Source: Nitrosospira multiformis ATCC 25196
GTDB lineage: Bacteria > Pseudomonadota > Gammaproteobacteria > Burkholderiales > Nitrosomonadaceae
Direction: 5' to 3'
Length of the DNA stretch: 32,000 nucleotides
NCBI RefSeq assembly: GCF_000196355.1
Contig: NC_007614.1
Coordinates: 2,370,001 to 2,402,000, forward strand
Shown here: positions 28,759-32,000 of the stretch, piece after piece
Position numbering within the stretch: the stretch's first letter is position 1
How the letters are laid out: each line of letters begins with the position of its first letter
Position numbers and translations under genes: made by a program
Notes under the pieces: model-generated
Seen by the model: only the letters and a program-made list of their open reading frames with translations
The model's database searches: none
Told to the model about the DNA's origin: nothing

Positions 28759-29176
28759 GCCACGTCCCCGGACAGCTGAGCGTGATCGGGTCCAAATTCG
28801 AAACCTGTCAGCCTGAATCAACACCGGGCGCCTTCCGGTTTATCCGTCGGGCTTTTCGCAGGGTAATGGTTTCCATGTTGCACTCCTGAACCCTGGGGCA
28901 AGACTGTTCCGGGTATTCGTTTATCCCGAGAATGTCGATTCCCCCGATAAGGTTGTCTTGAGCATCCGTTGCATCCGTTTGGCCTCTGTTCAGTCCCTGC
29001 TCGACTCTGGAAGCGCGGAGCGAACAGCTTCGATCCTTCGATCCTGGCCAGTGAGGTCCTGAACCTGTCGAAGGGTTCAGGGTGAACAGGAGGCTAAGGA
29101 CTTGAGGCGAAACTGCTATTTTATGTAATTAACCATAGGTTATGCGTTTCCCTTGATTACTCGTGAAGAAATTTCC

Positions 29177-30592
29177 ATGAACTTTCATGCGTTGTTCATC
29201 ATCAGCCGGTGTGTGCGTGTGGGAGCCATGCTTGTCCTTGCGATGACTTGCTTGCCCTCAGCAGGTGCTGACAGTTCCTTTACGGGCATCCGCACGCTTG
29301 AGGACGCGCACTCTCCCAGTGCTGCCGGCCCTGAGGTCAAGAGCAATCTCACCCTGCGGGATGCGGTGCGGCTTACGCTTCAGCACAACCCCGAACTGTC
29401 CTCCTTCGATAAGGAGATGCGCGCTCTGGAGGGTGTTACGTTGCAGGCCGGGTTGTTGCGCAACCCTCAGTTGTCGGTGGACGTCGACAATGCCGGAAAC
29501 ATGGGAGGCGTAAGTGGACAAGGAGCCATCAAGCAAAATGTCGAGCAGCAGGATTTGATCATTCGCATCAGCCAATTGGTCGAGTTGGGAGGAAAACGTG
29601 CAGCGCGGGTAAATGCTGCGTCGCTCGGGCAGGCACTGGCGGGCAAGGACTTCGAAACCAAACGGCTCGAACTCGTGGCACGGGTAGCGAACGTATTTAC
29701 AGAGGTGCTGGCGGGGCAGGAGCAGTTGCGGCTGGCCGAGGAGAGTCAGCAGCTGGCTCAGCGCGTGGTGGATACTGTCAAGCGCCGGGTGCAGGCGGGA
29801 AAAGTGCCGCCCATAGAAGAGACTAAAGTGGGAGTAGCATTTTCCACGACGCGAATTGCCCTGGGCCAGGCGCAACGCGAGCTGGCCGCCGCGCGCAAAC
29901 GCCTTGCGCTGCTATGGGGTGACAATTCGCCCCAGTTTGGGGAAGCGCTAGGAGCTCTGGAATCGAGGATCGTCCTGCCCGATTTGGCCGCATTGACCGA
30001 GCGAGTCTTGTCGAGTCCCATGGCGGATCGCGCCAGAAAAGGCATAGAACATCGCCAGGCGCTGCTCGAAGTGGAGCAATCCCGCCGCATTCCCGATATC
30101 ACCCTTGCGGGCGGCATGATCAAGCATTGGGAATCAGGGGGAACGACTGCGATCGTAGGCGTCTCCATGCCGCTGCAATTCTTCGACCGGAACCAGGGAA
30201 ACCTGCGGGAAGCCTATCAACGCCTGGATAAGGCACAGGATGAGCAAGCCGCGACCGACCTGCGCCTCAAGGCGGAACTGGTACAGGCCTACGAATCGTT
30301 GACCGCAGCCGAGAACGAGATATCGATATTGCGCGGGGAGATATTGCCTGCGGCCCGAAGTGCTTTCGATGTGACGAACAAGGGTTATGAGCTCGGCAAA
30401 TTCGGCTTTCTTGAAGTGCTCGACGCACAGCGCACCTTGTTTCAGAACCAGGTTTTATATGTGCGTGCGCTCGCCAATTACCACCGCCTTGTCAATGAAA
30501 TCGAACGTTTGATTGCAGCCCCCCTCGATGGGAGGGCGAGACAGGACACCGATGAACCGGCCTATACCGATTTTACGGATGATAAGGAGTAG
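29177..30592 (+). CDS. czcC: Heavy-metal RND efflux outer-membrane factor (TolC/OEP family)
   Basis: The 471-aa ORF from the ATG at 29177 has a signal peptide and two OEP repeats with coiled-coil character. czcB follows immediately. Confidence 0.88.
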   Translation: MNFHALFIISRCVRVGAMLVLAMTCLPSAGADSSFTGIRTLEDAHSPSAAGPEVKSNLTLRDAVRLTLQHNPELSSFDKEMRALEGVTLQAGLLRNPQLSVDVDNAGNMGGVSGQGAIKQNVEQQDLIIRISQLVELGGKRAARVNAASLGQALAGKDFETKRLELVARVANVFTEVLAGQEQLRLAEESQQLAQRVVDTVKRRVQAGKVPPIEETKVGVAFSTTRIALGQAQRELAAARKRLALLWGDNSPQFGEALGALESRIVLPDLAALTERVLSSPMADRARKGIEHRQALLEVEQSRRIPDITLAGGMIKHWESGGTTAIVGVSMPLQFFDRNQGNLREAYQRLDKAQDEQAATDLRLKAELVQAYESLTAAENEISILRGEILPAARSAFDVTNKGYELGKFGFLEVLDAQRTLFQNQVLYVRALANYHRLVNEIERLIAAPLDGRARQDTDEPAYTDFTDDKE

Positions 30593-30595
30593 AAG

Positions 30596-32000
30596 TGAAT
30601 AACAGGAAGAAACTGATTTCAATCCTTTCCGTAATCGCCGCAGGAATTGCACTCGGCGGGTTGATACTCAGATCCGATAAGACTTCGCAATCCGTCTCCG
30701 GGGATTCCGCAGCCCATCCCGCTCATGAAGCACCGGCGGTCGAAGGCAAGGCATCATCGAACTATCAGGAGGGGCCCAAAGGCGGAAAGCTTTTTACCGA
30801 AGGTGGAACAGACGGCTTTGGCCTGGAGGTCACTATTTTCGAGGCCAACGTGCCGCCACGCTTCAGGCTCTACCTGTATGAAAAGAGCAAGCCCCTGCCG
30901 CCCGCTGCCGCCAGGGTCATCATGACGCTGTCACGCCTTGGGGCACCCGCCCAGGTATTCGAATTCAGGCCTGAGGCCGATTATCTGGTAAGCGATCAGA
31001 TAGTAGAGGAGCCGCATTCGTTTGATGCCGTGATTACCGCTCAATGGAAAGGCAAGACAATCCGTTGGGAATACAGCCAGGTCGAGGCCAGGGTGGAAAT
31101 GCCGGACGAAATGCTGAAAGGTGCCGGCATTGAAATACGCACGGCCGGCCCGGCAATCATCAAACCCTTGCTCAAGCTGCCTGGCGAGATCATCTTTAAC
31201 GAGCATACGATCGTCCAGGTGGTACCCCGCCTGCCGGGAATAGTCACGGCCGTGAAGCGTCACCACGGCCAGCAGGTGCAGAAAGGAGAGATTCTTGTGG
31301 TGATAGAGAGCCAGATGCTGGCAGAGCTGCGCAGTCAGTACCGCGTAGCCAAGAAACGGCTGGCGCTGGCGGAGACCACCTACAAGCGCGAACGGCAGCT
31401 CTGGGAAGAAAAAATCTCCGCCAAGCAGGACTATCTCGTCGCCCAGGAGTTGCTGAATGAAGCGGAGATTGCAGTGGATCTGGCTGCGGTCAAGCTGCAA
31501 TCGCTCGGGGTGGAGCCGGAAGCGGCAGCTTCTTCCGGCAATCTGGCTCGCTACGAAGTCCAGGCCCCGATATCCGGCCTGATCATCGACAAGACTGTCG
31601 CCCTCGGTCAAACGCTGAAGGAAGATGAACATATTTTTGTTATTGCCGATGTCTCGACAGTATGGGCCGGCATCACGGTTTATCCAAAAGATCTGGATGT
31701 AGTCAAGGTTGGACAAAAAGCAATCGTCAAGGCAACAGCGTCGGATATAGAGGGGGAAGGCGTTGTTATCTACATCACCACTCTGATCGGCGGCCAGACC
31801 CGTACCGCCACGGCGCGGCTCGCCCTGCAAAACAAGGAGGGAAAATGGCGTCCCGGGATGTTTGTAACTGCCGAAATGGTGGCCGAAGAAATTCACGTAC
31901 CTGTTGCCGTATCTGCCGACGCGCTCCAGACACTCCATGGCTCGACTGTAGTATTCGGGCGTTATGGTGAATATTTCGAAGCGCGGCCGCTGGAGCTGGG
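30596..32000 (+). CDS. czcB: Heavy-metal RND efflux membrane-fusion protein, 3'-truncated by the window edge
   Basis: The GTG at 30596 lies 5 nt after AAGGAG and 3 nt after the czcC stop. The frame is open to the window end. My translation gives VNNRKKLISILSVIAAGIALGG..., a CzcB-type N-terminal module (FGLEVTIFEANVPPRFRLYLYE...EPHSFD) and an HlyD-like core (VQAPISGLIIDK...). The ORF track omits it because it has no stop in the window. Confidence 0.88.

Noticed and set aside
28808-28876. A 22-codon minus-strand mini-ORF with a good AGGAG SD in the czcI-czcC spacer.
   Set aside because: It is too short to judge from sequence alone and has no supporting context. It is noted only as a possibility within the spacer finding.
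30931-31938. A 335-aa minus-strand ORF from the track.
   Set aside because: It lies entirely antisense to the open czcB frame, which has clear membrane-fusion-protein features. The translation has no family features, so it is a typical shadow ORF.

Overview
The window looks like a proteobacterial chromosome, with gene order and protein families that feel betaproteobacterial; I cannot verify the organism. Positions 1 to about 16.7 kb are ordinary core genome. This part carries the PBP1A 3' end, hemB, engB, coaX-birA, glnS, trxA-rho, rpmE, a putative porin, a small CxxC protein and a VOC protein. It also carries a three-gene hydrolase operon (alpha/beta hydrolase, GDPD, SGNH), ppa, a GNAT and a Tat-exported intradiol-dioxygenase-like protein. 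From about 16.8 kb the region looks accessory. Two near-identical, co-oriented IS481-family elements (16789-18011 and 20786-22007), each with its own 7-bp target duplication, bracket a full-length LonA protease. Downstream lie a small membrane ORF, a cupin, a decayed DUF1259 gene, an MFS transporter, an 894-aa fusion of a GMC/pyranose-oxidase-like flavoenzyme with a DUF1080 domain, and the start of a czc-type heavy-metal efflux cluster (His-rich CzcI-like ORF, czcC, czcB). czcB runs off the window and is missing from the supplied ORF track. I saw no rRNA, tRNA, CRISPR array or recognisable defence system. The items most worth follow-up are the GMC-DUF1080 fusion, the IS/lon architecture (including a patch of IS sequence variation over promoter-like hexamers), the IS insertion at an ATGA junction between two small ORFs, and the DUF1259 pseudogene. 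All homology calls come from motif recognition by eye; no database search was run.
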